Below are positions 1 to 12,287 of a stretch of DNA of 64,000 bases, piece after piece. Both the position numbers and the translations under genes were made by a program. Each line of letters opens with the position of its first letter. The first letter of the stretch is position 1. Below the pieces are notes generated by a model that saw nothing but the letters and a program-made list of their open reading frames with translations, ran no database searches and was not told where the DNA came from. Where the stretch lies: contig NW_005434659.1 of the NCBI RefSeq assembly GCF_000315625.1, forward strand, positions 699,848 to 763,847. The letters are read 5' to 3'. The stretch is from Guillardia theta CCMP2712. Its lineage: Eukaryota; Protista; Cryptophyta.

Positions 1-820
1 CCCAAGCAAGCCCTCCATCCCGACCCCGGCGTACTTGCTGCGCCTTCTCCATCCTCGCCCTCCTCATCCTCCTCCTCCTCCTCCTCCTCCTCCTCCTCCT
101 CCTCCTCCTCCTCCTTCAATCTCAGCAGTAGCAGCTGCTGCTGCTGCGATTCAATCTCTCAACTGGTTGACTCGCTTCTATCGACTGTCCTGGTCATCCC
201 GCGTCTCATCCTCATTTACTCACCAAGTGCGCTGCCTCCTTGGAGCAGAGAAGAAGTGACTTTGAGAAATGAGCCTGCTGCCTCTCAGCCTCCTCCACAC
301 CTCCGCCCCGCCCCCGCCCACTTCCTCTCCCTCCTCTCGATTTCCTCTCCTTGTCCTGTTCCATCCCCCTCCTCTCTTGTCTCCCTCCTTCTCTCCTCAC
401 CAGGAGTTGCGCGCGGATCGCTCTCGAACACGTTCTCGTCTCCTTCCTCCATCGCCTGGGCAAACTCGTAGAGATCATCCAAGGACACAACTCGATGCTC
501 GTCCACATCCAAGGGGACCTGCCGGGCTCAGTCAACTTTGCTTCATATCAGGCGCTCCCTCCCTCCCTCCCTCACTCACTCACTCACTCACTCACTCACT
601 CACTCACTACTCCTTTCCCTCTCGAATCGCTTCTGACACTGAGCTCCCACGCTCCTCGCTCCCTCTTGCTCTGTTTACCCGCGAGCTGACAGTCACCCGA
701 GGAAGGCGGATATTTCCTGCGACTGCTGCGGTGGCCATGGCGAGCACATCGCTGGCCTGTGCAGAAGATGAGGAGGGGTGACTGAGAAAAGTGGAGGACG
801 AGGACGAGGACGAGGACGAG

Positions 821-862
<42 letters not shown>

Positions 863-2335
863 GACGAGGACGAGGACGAGGACGAGGAGGACGAGGACGA
901 GGACGAGGACGAGGAGGACGAGGACGAGGACGAGGAGGACGAGGACGAGGACGAGGAGGACGAGGACGAGGACGAGGACGAGGAAGAGGAAGAGGACGAG
1001 GACGAGGACGAGGAAGAGGATCAAGAAGACAGGAATCTTACGCTGCCTTTCTCCCTCCAATCAATAACAAGAGGTTGTGTGTGACGATCCGGCTGGAAAA
1101 GTTTCACAGTCTCGGACGCTCCTCTGGTCAGATTCACCTGCAGGAGGAGGAGGAGGAGATTCTTGAAAAGCTCCTCATCCAGCTGCTCAATCATCCTCCG
1201 CGCTTTTTCGCAGACTTTGACTCCTTCCTCTTCAATCCGCCGCATGCACAGGGAGGGAGGCGCAAAGAGAAAGACGAGCACGTCGGCTCCTGGGTATTCG
1301 CCTTCCACTCCGTCCAAGCTCAGCTCCGAAGGGAGGATCGCGTGTCGTGCGTTTGCTCGAAGGAAGGCTGAGGAGGAGAAGGTGGAGGAGTCGACGACGA
1401 AAGATCGACCATGAGACTGAAAGTCTCGTACAAGCTGAGCGGAAAGCCTGACAGAGCCGTCACAGCCAGGAGAGATGACAAGGAAGCAAGAGGAGGTAGT
1501 GGTGAGAAGGGGAGGGAGGAAGGGAGGAAGGGAGGAAGGGAGGAAGGGAGGAAGGGAGGGAGGGAGGGAGGGAGTGAAAACGGGAAGGGGGCACAAGGAG
1601 TAGGGAGGTGGGGTCCGACTAAGAGAGAGGACAGTGAGCAGGAGGGAGTTAGTGACCGGGAGGCTTGGATGGCAGCGATCTGCAGAGGACAAGTAAGAGA
1701 GGAGGGGAGGAAAGAGCAGAGCAACTAACGCTTGCTGACATCGCGTACTTGCTGTAATCTTGAAGGAAGCTAGAGGTCAACCAACTTGGAACGGAGCAGC
1801 AGGGAGGGGGCAGCGTCGTCGGTGCGGCCTGCAGGCATCGCAGGAGCTGATCGGAGAGGAGGGAAGTGCCAACTCCGAAGTTTCCTTCCAAGCTCAGGTG
1901 AAGCCCATGATGTTTGCCGGGCTGAACATCTTGGAACGCTGACTGTTGCCGGGGGTATGAAACATCGACGTTGCTGCAATCAGCCAGGCGCGAAATCATC
2001 GTCATCATGTTGCCCATCCTCTCCCCTGCTCGTGACCTGCCGTCGACAGTACCCTCTTCCACCCTCTCCCATTCTTCCACAAGCCTTGCCGCCTCCTCCA
2101 AGATCCCTTGCGCTGCCTCCTTCCCTGACAGCTGCCTCGCTCCCCCTGACGTATCTCGCAACGTGCTCCTGGCTCCACTCTGTGACATGTCTTCCTCCCA
2201 ATGTATCGCTGCCTCGTCGGACGACTTCGACGAGCTTGCCCGCTCCTTCTTCACAGCCATGGCAACTCCATCCGCTGTCATGCTCGTCAAGTGTGCGCTC
2301 GATGGACGGCGGAAAGAAGAGGAGATGAAAGAAGG

Positions 2336-2384
<49 letters not shown>

Positions 2385-3659
2385 GGCATCTCACCAATGG
2401 GGTCTAGGATGAAGCTGACACGAGGGTCCCTTGCCATCTTGTCATTGAGCAGGATAATAGATCTCGTCTCTTCATCCACCGCATCCGCCTCCCCCACCAC
2501 ACGCCCTGACCTGCAGACGCGTCAGCCCGACTCCCTCCCCTTCCCCTCCTCTTCCGAGGACCATAGAGCATCGTCAAGCAGCACAACCCCACCCTCTCGG
2601 AGGAGGAGGAGGGCGGCCTCGTAGTACTCGTCGTAACTCTCCTTGTCTGCGTCGATGAAGATTGCATCAAACCCTCCCTCTCCGTCTCTGATCATTCTCT
2701 CCATCTCTGCAAGACCCGGCCCCAACCGCAGCTCTATCCTCTCCTGCAGCCCTGCTCTCCCCCACGCTTCTCGAGCTATCGACGTGTACTTCTCGCTCAC
2801 GTCCAGACAGACCAGTTTGCCGTCAGCTGGGAGGGAGCTGGCAATGCAGGTGCTGCTGTAGCCCGTGAACGTTCCGACTTCCAGCACAAACCTTGCTCGT
2901 ATGGCTCGCATCATGCTCTTCAGCCACTGCCCCTGCTCCGGGTAGACCTGCATCGAAGCTTCTTCCGCACTGAGCGTCTTCACCGTATGTGAGCGAATCC
3001 ACCGCAGGGTGTCGTCTTCGGAGAGCAGAGCTTGCTGCCGCAGATACTCGGCGGTTCCGTCCTTGCAGACGCTGGGAAGACAGACTTCAAGGATCGGACT
3101 AGCAAAATTTCGTAGACCTTGGTTTGTACACGCTCTGGAACTCGTTGGCAATCATGTCCCATCCATCGCTGCTATCAAAGACCATCTCATGCAAGGAAGA
3201 GAAGTCCAAGTCTGCTTGTAAGCAAGGTCATCGCCGCAAACATGCGTTGATGGAGGGCAGAGAATACTCACCTTCAGGTTGCAATTGCGCTTTGAGGTTA
3301 CTGTTAAGCTGCCTTGCCTCGCGCCCTGACGCCACTTTGAATGCAGGAAGACGAGGAGGAGTTCGAGTGATCGATCTCTTTGGAAGAGATCTGATCCAAC
3401 TTTGATGATGGCTGAACGATAACGCCGATCCTTGAGCAAACCCTCCTTGTTCAATTCATCAGTACTCACCTTCAATCCAGACCCTTCCCTCTCGTCTCCC
3501 TCCTCTCATTTCCTCTCATTTCCTCCTCTCCTCTCCTCTCCTCTCGTCTTCTTCCTCTCTTCTCTTCTCAACTTCTCCTCTCAACTTCTCCTCTCTTCGC
3601 TTCTCACCTGCATGCGCGAGACAACTCACGCACAACAACTTCGCTAGCATGGCCGCCAT
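1..3659 (-). CDS. Multi-exon gene: signal-peptide-like start, caffeoyl-CoA/COMT-type O-methyltransferase domain, then a long C-terminal region of unknown function; probably runs off the left edge
   Basis: ORF 2522..3151 has VLEVGTFTGYS, LVCLDV, IELRLGPG, FDAIFIDADKESY and LLREGGVVLLDDALW (Methyltransf_3 motifs). The frame continues through canonical acceptors near 2511, 1447, 781, 519 and 273 with no stop found. Likely start MAAMLAKLLCVSCLAHA at 3659. Confidence 0.75.
795..1020. repeat. (GACGAG/GAG)n tract inside a minus-strand intron
   Basis: Visible directly; flanked by minus-strand splice sites near 781 and 1075. Confidence 0.9.
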
Positions 3660-3813
3660 GGCGATAAGTCCCAACTCATCTCCCTCATTCACCCCGGCCC
3701 GGCCGGAACCCACTGGGAACCCACTAGGGAACCACCGGGCACTGGAAGGTGAAATCATCCCCCTCAGTCTCAACCCTTATATCGTCAATGCACAAGGTCC
3801 TCCGAAGGATTCC

Positions 3814-5834
3814 ATGGTAAGGACAGGAGCAAGGGGAGGGAGGGAGGGAGGGAGGGAGGGAACGAGGATAAGCAGGGCAGGTAGGTTCAGGAGGACAAGG
3901 TAAGTCAGGACAATGAATAGGATGTGCTCGACGAGAGATCCCGTGGATTGCCAGATGAAGAGAAAGAGCCTGTACTGATGCTGTAGGGCAGGACTCGCTG
4001 TAGAAGCCTCGTGCGAGGCTTCACCAGCAGGACTAGACCTGCTCAGGCGCTCGCAGGCTGGGGGTCCGTAGGCCTTGTAGGAGTTTTTGCAGGGGGGCTC
4101 GGAGGGTTTGCGCTCAGTCAGCCGTCCAAGGAGTCGGACGAGCTGCCCCAGGGCTCGCAGGTCTTGTCGGGGAAGGAAGACTTGTACGGGGGGGTTCTGG
4201 TAGAGACCAGCAGCATGTCCAAGGATCCCGCGAGCTTCAGTGAGCAGCTCTCGAGGTCCGTCCATGGCTGCCCGGAGCAGTGTAACGCAGGGCCAGCAGG
4301 TCCCTGGAGTCCTGGAGGAGGGAGAAGAAGAAGGGGATCTGGATCACGATCGCCCCCGACATGGCCGCGCACATCCCCGTCGCTGTCGAGCAAGGGTGAA
4401 GCTCCCTTGACGAGATGGTCATCCCAGTCACGCGACTCTGACTTGACAGGTTCCACTTCCATCATGCGAGCAAGGACAAGGGAGTCACCATGTACACATG
4501 GCTGTCAGAGGCTATATGTAACATCCCCAACAACGCATCCCACTACGTGACCGTCTCCTCCTCTTCCTCCTCCTCTCTGACGAGCGCAGGTGGGTGTCGG
4601 TGTGGCGGTCATGGACGATCAGGACAGGATCCTCGTTGTGCAGGTGGGAACGCAGGCAGCCCTATTCGGATACTGAGCTAGCGAGTAGGAGAAGTTTGGT
4701 CCTGCTGCAAGGCGAGGGAAGGACTTCTGGAAGGCAAGTGCAGCATGCGAAGTCCTGCAGGTTGTCAAGTTCGCTCAGGTGCCAACGGGCCTGGTGGAGA
4801 GTGGAGAAGACATTGCTGAGGCAGCTGAACGAGAGGTGAAGGAGAAGATCTAGCATCCGCCGGTGGATCTTCTCATGTCCGCCCAGGTCTTTGAGGAGAC
4901 AGGAATCAGAGTTCACTTCGAGGGAGTCCTCGCCTTCCGGCAGTGAGTGGGAGCGGAGGAGAGCGGAGGAGGGTGTGGAGGCTGCAGTGCTGATCGTTGT
5001 CCATTCTTTCCAGGCAACACGGTGCTGGCATCGAGGTAGAGAGAGGTTTTGACTCGTGTGTGGAGCTGAGTTGGCTGCAGAAAAAGACAGACCTGTTTTT
5101 TTTGTGCAAAGGAAGGCCTCTCAACTCCAACATCGTCCCTCAGGCAACAAGTCACACTGAAGTCCTGTCTTGTTGAGATTGGGATGGCAGGACAATGAGA
5201 TTGCGCGGGTAATGCAGCCTGAAGGGTGTTGGGGGTGGAACGCTTGCGGAAGAGGAGGAAAAGGAGTGGAGTGGAGTGGACGAGGAGATGAGAGGACGAG
5301 CACGAGGAGTAGAGGACGAGAGGGAGGAGGAGGACATGAGTAGACTTTCTTTCAGGCGGAATGGATGCCCATCCAAGAGTTTCTCAGCAAGCCGATGACG
5401 CCCGAGGGGTCAGGTACCTGCAGCAGCTGAGAAAGTTGCGAGTCCTAAGATTTCCCTTTCAGCCTACTGGTTTCTCAACAGATTGGCCGCCGAGTCTTTC
5501 CTTCAGGGTAGAGGGTAAGAACAGCTCAACGACTGATCCTGTCTAACTTGATCTGCCAGTGATCTTCCAGGCATCCGCCTACCTCGCAGGTGCTCCTTCA
5601 CTGCACCATCTCTCCCCCTGATCTGCCTCAAGTCCCGTGCTGTTCGTTCCGGCCAAGATGCCCATCGGCTTTCGTCCAGGTCTTCACTTCCGCTCGCTCC
5701 GCTCCCTTTCCCCCTCACTGCAGGAGCAGGTCACAACTTCATCTACGCCGACGGCTCCTGCCATCTCCCTTCGGCTGGACAGAGCAAACTTTGAGGAGCT
5801 CGGCAATACATACTTTATTCATGCAACTCCTTGA
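3814..5834 (+). CDS. Nudix hydrolase, plant NUDT2/7/8-like (N-terminal pre-Nudix domain), multi-exon
   Basis: Spliced peptides: EDLYGGVLVE, GIWITI, FHFHHA, YTWL, ASHYVGVG..ILVVQEKFG..FWK, Nudix box PTGLVESGEDIAEAAEREVFEETGI, TDLFFLC, AEWMPIQEF. The start is uncertain. Confidence 0.85.
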
Positions 5835-5884
5835 CACACGGAAAAACAAGATGAAACATCATTCATAGTCATGGTACTCTGCGA

Positions 5885-8555
5885 TCAATAAGTGACGCGG
5901 GTGTTACCAATGGAGCCATTGCTGTACTGTTCGTACACCGAGTAGCTGTAGTTGTTTGTCCTGATTCCACTCTCTCCGGGCATGACCTGCCATCGTGTGA
6001 ACAGAAGCGAACGTGAAAGAGCGATACATACGTGCGAGGCTGCTTGATAATTTGAATAGTTGAGGACTGGAGGGCATATACGTTGGAGGGTAACATTGAA
6101 AATTCTGCAGTCCTCGCGTCAGAGCAACATGGTTGATGACTTGAGATCTTACTCGTCTCCTCTCATCATCTGCAAAGTACAGTAGGTGTCCACAGGTCCA
6201 ACAGTGAGCTGAAGGCAAAGATTCAGTTCAATGGAGGGCGGCAAGTAAGAAACGGCGATACATGTTTGATGACGTCAAGCTCTATGTTATGGACAGCCTG
6301 CTGGTCGACTGCTACAAGGATATCGCCAACCTGACAGGTTCGGTTTCAGACAAGTTCCAAATTGCAATGTCATACCTGGAAACTCCCGCTTTTCTCGGCT
6401 GCAAACCCAGGAATAATCTCATGAACCACCACGTCTCTTGACTATTCAGCAGTTCAGTCAACTAGCAAACGTTGCCCTGTGAGTTACATTGCTTGATCGC
6501 TCCAGAGCAAGACCAAGTCCAACCATCTTTCCTGAAATTCATGTTTTTAGAATCTGAAAATCATATTGCAACCTCGCAAAAGAACGATTGTACCCGTAGG
6601 TTTCTTCTCTATTTCCTTATACACAACCCTCTCAACAGGAACCTGGAGAAAAAGTCCCTTGTCAGGAAAATTCGCAGAACAGAGCACAGATTGAAGTTCA
6701 CCTTCTGATAAACAACTTTTTCTCTTTTTCTCTCTTCATCCAGCAACAACTGCACAGACATGAATGAACAGTGAACCAAGGCATTCTTGAAACCTGGAGA
6801 TGTTGTACTTGGAGCAGAAGATCATCGTACTTCTGTCTATCTACGTAGAGATCCCAATTTGGCTGGATAAGGGAGAAATCGTCAGGATGCAAGCTATGCC
6901 ATGACATCAACGACTTGCCTCGATCTTAACCTCATTGGTGATGACCTTCTCAACGATCTTTTCCTCGATGACAGGAACCTGAGATCATACGCATAAGGAT
7001 CTGAACAGACACTGGGCAGAAAAGCCTCGCCTCTTTCTCTTTGATAAAGACTCGGTCAACTGGAACCTCAATAGCTTCCTGCTGCACTTGCACTACGACC
7101 CGCTCAACTTCAACTGGAACCTATCGAGCCTCAGAATCAGCAGGACAAAATTGACGTAGCATTCACTCAGATACCTCCTTGACGACGATCTTCTCGACAG
7201 GCACTTCAACGAACTCTTTCACGATCCTCTCCACCGGGACCTGCTTGTTGTTAAACTGACATAAGGTCAACTGGAAGCCTCCAATCACCTGAACTTCTTC
7301 CTTGACAATTTTCTGTACTGGTACCTCGACCTGATACGTAGAATGATCGAGAAGCGAATGCAAGAAAGGTCTTCACATCTTGTCTGATGATCTTCTCAAC
7401 AGGAACTTCGTTGACAATTTCTCTCTCAATGACTCTCTCGACCACTCTTTCGACTGGAACCTGAAATCTGCTCATGAATACAACACAATCTGCTTCCAAT
7501 GATAGCTACCTCAATTTCCTTCAATACAATCTTTTCGATCGGAACCTTCAAACAAACATGTCTTTGAGTTCTCAATTTGACAGGGAATGTGAGTCATACT
7601 TCCACTTCTTTCACAACAATCTTCTCAATTGGCACAGCTGAATATTAAATGTCAGCGGAGAGTCTGTTAGACGCTTACTTGAAATTCACCAATCTCCTTG
7701 TGCACTATCTGAATGTCAAAACAATCACTTGCGCAACTGTGAAAACAAGGAAATCAAGCAATTGTTACTCACCTTCTCAATTGGAACTTCAATGAAACGA
7801 TCAACAGGCTTCTCTACCTCAACCTGATCATTCCAGGTGAAAAGTACAAAAATGTGAAGAAGGTGCTGATACGATTTTTTCGATAATCTTGGGCGATTGA
7901 GGAGGTGGTGGTGATGGCATATCTACAATCTGAACCGGATGCATCTCAACCGGGTGCATCTCAACAACTTGTACTGGCCGAGTGTATTGCTGAATGATCG
8001 GCAGCCCACTTGTCTGCAGCCATATCAACTTGGCAGTACCCCAACCACAAACTCAGGAAACCTGACTGTAGCTAGTGACAGGCATGCTGCTTGATGTGTA
8101 TACAGTCTGAATTTGACCGAATCCCTGCATACTTGACCCAGTCTTGACGAGATCTGCTGCAACATATCCTGAACTAGACGCCCTTGTTGAGTAGGAAGAG
8201 CTGACACCGTTCATGCTCCGATTCTGGGGAGGCAAAAGTAAGTATCATCAACATCTTGAGCTAGGTAGGAGCATCGTGGAGCAATCAAAGCTGATGAATG
8301 AATCTCAGTTTCAAGCATGTTGCAAAACATGACAACTTCGATCATCGTGCCATCAACATCCCTCAGCTAGAAAAAGCAAAGTACAAGCATCGGTTCTTCC
8401 CGGGGAGAAAGAGCATGCTAGTGAGACGTCAAGTGCGCATGACATTGAACACGCAGGACCAGGAGTTGAGGAGGAGATGGCGGTCTTCTGCTCTCGGAGC
8501 TTCTCCACAGGTTCGAGACGTCGATGTCTCTTCCGTCCTCCATGCTCATAGCCAT
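5885..8555 (-). CDS. Articulin/alveolin-like VPV-repeat protein with C-terminal PDZ domain (about 20 small exons)
   Basis: Repeat exons VPVERVVERVIEREIVNEVPVEKII and VPVERIVKEFVEVPVEKIVVKE. Later exons GKMVGLGLALERSSN|SRDVVVHEIIPGFAAEKSGSFQ|VGDILVAVDQQAV..|LTVGPVDTYCTLQMMRG form a PDZ domain. Stop near 5885. Confidence 0.8.
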
Positions 8556-9791
8556 CAGGAGCCTTCGATCCTCTGTTCCTACCAGCACCACCCCTCCATG
8601 CACCACCCACCTCTGAATCACCCCACCCCTGTTAACTAGGACCTTTGTGTCCTTGTTACCTCCGAGGGTAACCAACTCCCCCTTTTGGATGACAACCCAC
8701 CATATGAGATTAGGCGTGATATCAGTCTATTGATGGGGTACTTGACACTACCACCCGGTGACTCTGTGAATTGTAACTTGGTTCGGATCTTGCAACATCT
8801 GACCACCCCTCATTGACGAAATACCAGGGGTACTCCCGATGGTACCTCCCTACTACTACACGGGTTTTCCAGAGAACGGAGGGGTGGATCTAGGGTGGGT
8901 AGGTAGAAAGGGGTGGGTGTTGGTCAGTTCATTTTTGGTCAGGCACATACGTGGGTGGGGGTGGGATCAGAGGGGGTTGTGCCAAGTGCAAAAGGGGGTG
9001 GGTCACAGCACTCGGGTGGCATGAAGTGACCTCCTTGCACCCCCCCCACCGTACTGATATCGCCGGGCCCTAAGGGGTACCGTGACCGATGATGCTAACG
9101 CCCGGCCGCCCAGTACCGGTCATTTTAACCTACTGACAGTAGTAAAAGGGACCGGTACTGGTACTAGACTTGATGGTGCCATCACCGACCCGAGACAGGT
9201 CGGCCGACTGGGGCAGGCCCACTGACTGACTCGCCGATCGCCCCGGGCGCCGCCGGGGCCGTCCTGACACCATCGGACCGACCGTGGTCCGATCGACCCT
9301 ACCACTGTTGCATTACGGCGTACCGTCGGCCACGCGCAAGTCACTAAGAAAAGACAACCGTGGCAACCGGCTTTTAGGTTCGCCTAACGCGAAAGCGAAA
9401 TCCAATTTTCCTGGAACTAGTTGAACGTGAACTTAGTATCCTGCCCAGTCGGACGGACACGGTCGCCGCCGGGGGCCGGGCCGCCGGGCCCAGTGATCCA
9501 TTTCCGATTTGAGTCACCTAGCGGCTTTCATTCCGAGTTCAAGATGGGGTGGGGTAGGTAGTACCACCCACCTATTCCTGGGTCTTAGCCAGGGTCCAGA
9601 TCCCCTACCGCCTCGTTCGGATCACGGTCTTGATCTGCCTCCCCTCCTGCTCTCTTCCCCCTCCCACTTCACTGGTACTTCCCCTCCCTCCCTCCCCCTC
9701 CCTGCCTCCCTCCTCTCTCCCCGCCAGGACTCCTCTGCTCTTTCCTCCGCCACCTTTCATCTCTTGGTGCTGGCGGGGTTAGGAGGGTACG

Positions 9792-12279
9792 ATGACGGCA
9801 ATGGCACTGGAAAGCCCGCAGCTTCAAGAGGAATTGCTGCGGTTAAGGCATGAAAATGAATCCATGAGGAGACGTTTGACCTCTCTCCTTGTGCCCCCCT
9901 CTGGTCCTCCTCCTGTGAACCACGAGATTCATCTGAATGACGCACGTAAGGAACTCCAAGGGTTTGAACGGGCGATGGTGGTGAAAGCAGAGGAGAACGA
10001 GGGGTTGAAAAGGCTGGTGGAGGAGGGAAACAGGCAGAACGAGGTGATGAAGAGACAGCTGGAGGAAGCGAAAAGGATGCAGGTTGAAAAGGATGGTGAG
10101 CTGCTGGATTTGCGTGCCAAGGTAGCAGAGCACGGGAGTTTGATCTCAAGGAACGATTTCCTGGAGCGCACAGCGACGAACATGCAGCGAAAGATTGAAG
10201 AGCTGGAGGGACACGAAGGGACTGCACGGTCAGAGACGGAGAGGTTGAAGAGGGAGCTGGGAGCAGCCGCGCAAGAGATCAAGGATCTGAGGCAGTTCAC
10301 TGTCAGGGTAAAAGAACTGCAGGACAGCTACGAGAGGGTTTCGAAAGAGCTCGTGGAAGCCAAGGCTTCCTTATTAGCAGCTTCGTCGAGGAATGAAACC
10401 CTCGCAAAGGCCCTGGGGCAGTTGGAGAGCAGGAGGAGAGTCCTCGAAGACGAATATGAGCACGCCAAGCAGCGACTAGCTGAGCAGGACGCTGCTTTGA
10501 TGCAGGCGAGAGAAGCAGCAGGTCGAAGCCAGAGGCTAGCGGAGCGAGTGGAGAAGTTGGAAGAAGCACTGAGGGACAGGGAGACCTCTGAAGCTCATAT
10601 GAAGCAAGTGATCGCAAGCATGCGGCAAGAATGTCAGCAGCATGCGCAAACCCGGCAAGAGCTTGAGAGGAACCTGAGCCAAGCAAAACAAAGACTGGAA
10701 GATCAGGATGCAAGGACCAGAAAAGTGCAAGAGGAAAGAGATCTGGTGAGGAAGGATGCAGAAAACTGGCGTCTGCAAACAGAAGCTGCAAGGAGGGAGA
10801 ATGAAAGCGTTGTCCATGAACGCAGCAAACTTCAAGATTATGTTGCAAAGCTGTCGGACAAAATGGAGAAACTTGTTGAAGATGCTCATAATCGCGAGAA
10901 GGTGCTGTTGTTCTGTTGTGCCTCTATTTGCTTGATTCGTCACACGAACAAGCAAAGGAGGTGCAACACCTCCCCACGTTCTAAACTTTCTTCAGGTCAG
11001 TGAGCACTCCAACACCATCATAGCAAGGTTACGAGAAGACAACGATGGGCTGAGATCAGAGCTACTTCATGCAAGGACAATGATTGATCAACTTGAGGAG
11101 GAAAAGAATCTGCTGATGGAGGACGTGTCCTCAAAGCTGGCAGAGAACAACAGCTCGCAGGATGCCGTGAAGCATTTGTCGGAGCGAGTTTCAGAGCAGG
11201 CGACGATTATCCGTGACAAGTCAAAGTTGATCTCAGAGCAGCAGGAGGAGCTCGAGAAGCTGCAGGAGACGGTGAGGAAGAAGAAAGACGCAGAGAAGGC
11301 ACTGGCAGAGGTGGAGCAGAAGCTGACCATCGCCACGGCCACGTTGAGCGCCAAGGATGCTGTGCTGATGGAGAAGGAGGAGGAGCTGATGTTGCTGCGA
11401 GACTCGTCGAGCCAGCAAGGGCTGAAGGAGGAGCTGATAGAGACGAAAGCTGCAAACGAGGCGCTGAAGGGGGAGGTGAGGCATCTCTCCAGCATGCTGG
11501 TGGATTTGGAGGAGAGGAGCTTGATGGACAGGGAGAAGCTCAAGGACCTCAAGGAGGAAAGTCAGAGCAAGGAGCGTATGCTGGTGCAGGAGCAGGCAGA
11601 GCTGCAAGCTACGATCTCTACGTTGAAAGAGGAGGTGGCGAACCTCGAGCAGGAGGTGGAGGTGAAGGAGGAGATCAACAACCGCTCGAGGTCCGTCATT
11701 GAGATCCAGAAGGAGAGGATACGCGAGCTCGAGCAGTCGATGGAGGAGAAGTCGGAGGTGGACAAGGAGGTGGACAAGAGCCTTACCAGTGCTGAGGACG
11801 AGATCTCCTCCCTCCGCTCCGAGGTTCAAACTCTTACCCAGCACAACACGGCGCTCGCTCGAGCACTCAAGAATGCTCGGGAGAGCCTGGAGGACGAGGA
11901 CAGAGACGCGCTAAGGAAGCAGCTCAGCGTCGCCATGGAGCGAGGACGAGAGATTCAGCGGGAGAAGGACGAGGCCCTCCAGGTTCATCTCGCCCCCAGC
12001 AGGGTTGTCTTTGCGTGCTGAGCAGGTTGAGCAGGTCGCCTCAAGCACCATGACGGCATGTCAGACCTACAGGAGGAGGCTGCTGGAGACGCAGACGAGG
12101 AGCATCCGCCACCTCATCGGCATGAGCGACTTTCTGGTGCTGCAAGAGGCGATCGCGAGGTGGAGCAAGGTGAGAGGATCGTTTCTTACCCAGCTGCCGG
12201 TCCACCTGACGATGTCCTGCGGCAGATGGCGGAGATGATCAAGACGGAGCGAGTGCTGCAGGAAACGGGGACGGGGTAG
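9792..12279 (+). CDS. Long coiled-coil protein of unknown function
   Basis: ORFs 9792..11003 and 11080..12021 are E/K/Q/L heptad-rich and joined by short introns; last exons lie near 12025-12279. Confidence 0.8.
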
Positions 12280-12287
12280 CGAGAGAT

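Noticed and set aside
596-1084. Poly-DE, poly-RG and poly-LV ORFs
   Set aside because: Translations of an intronic GACGAG microsatellite within the minus-strand gene
3152-3154. Apparent in-frame TGA joining ORFs 3152..3475 and 2522..3151 (possible Sec or readthrough)
   Set aside because: Another frame (DLDFSSLHEMVFDSSDGWDMIANEFQSVYKP) bounded by splice sites explains the region without readthrough
6200-6440. + strand protein-like text (LYVMDSLLVDCYKDI..)
   Set aside because: Antisense shadow of the PDZ exons on the minus strand
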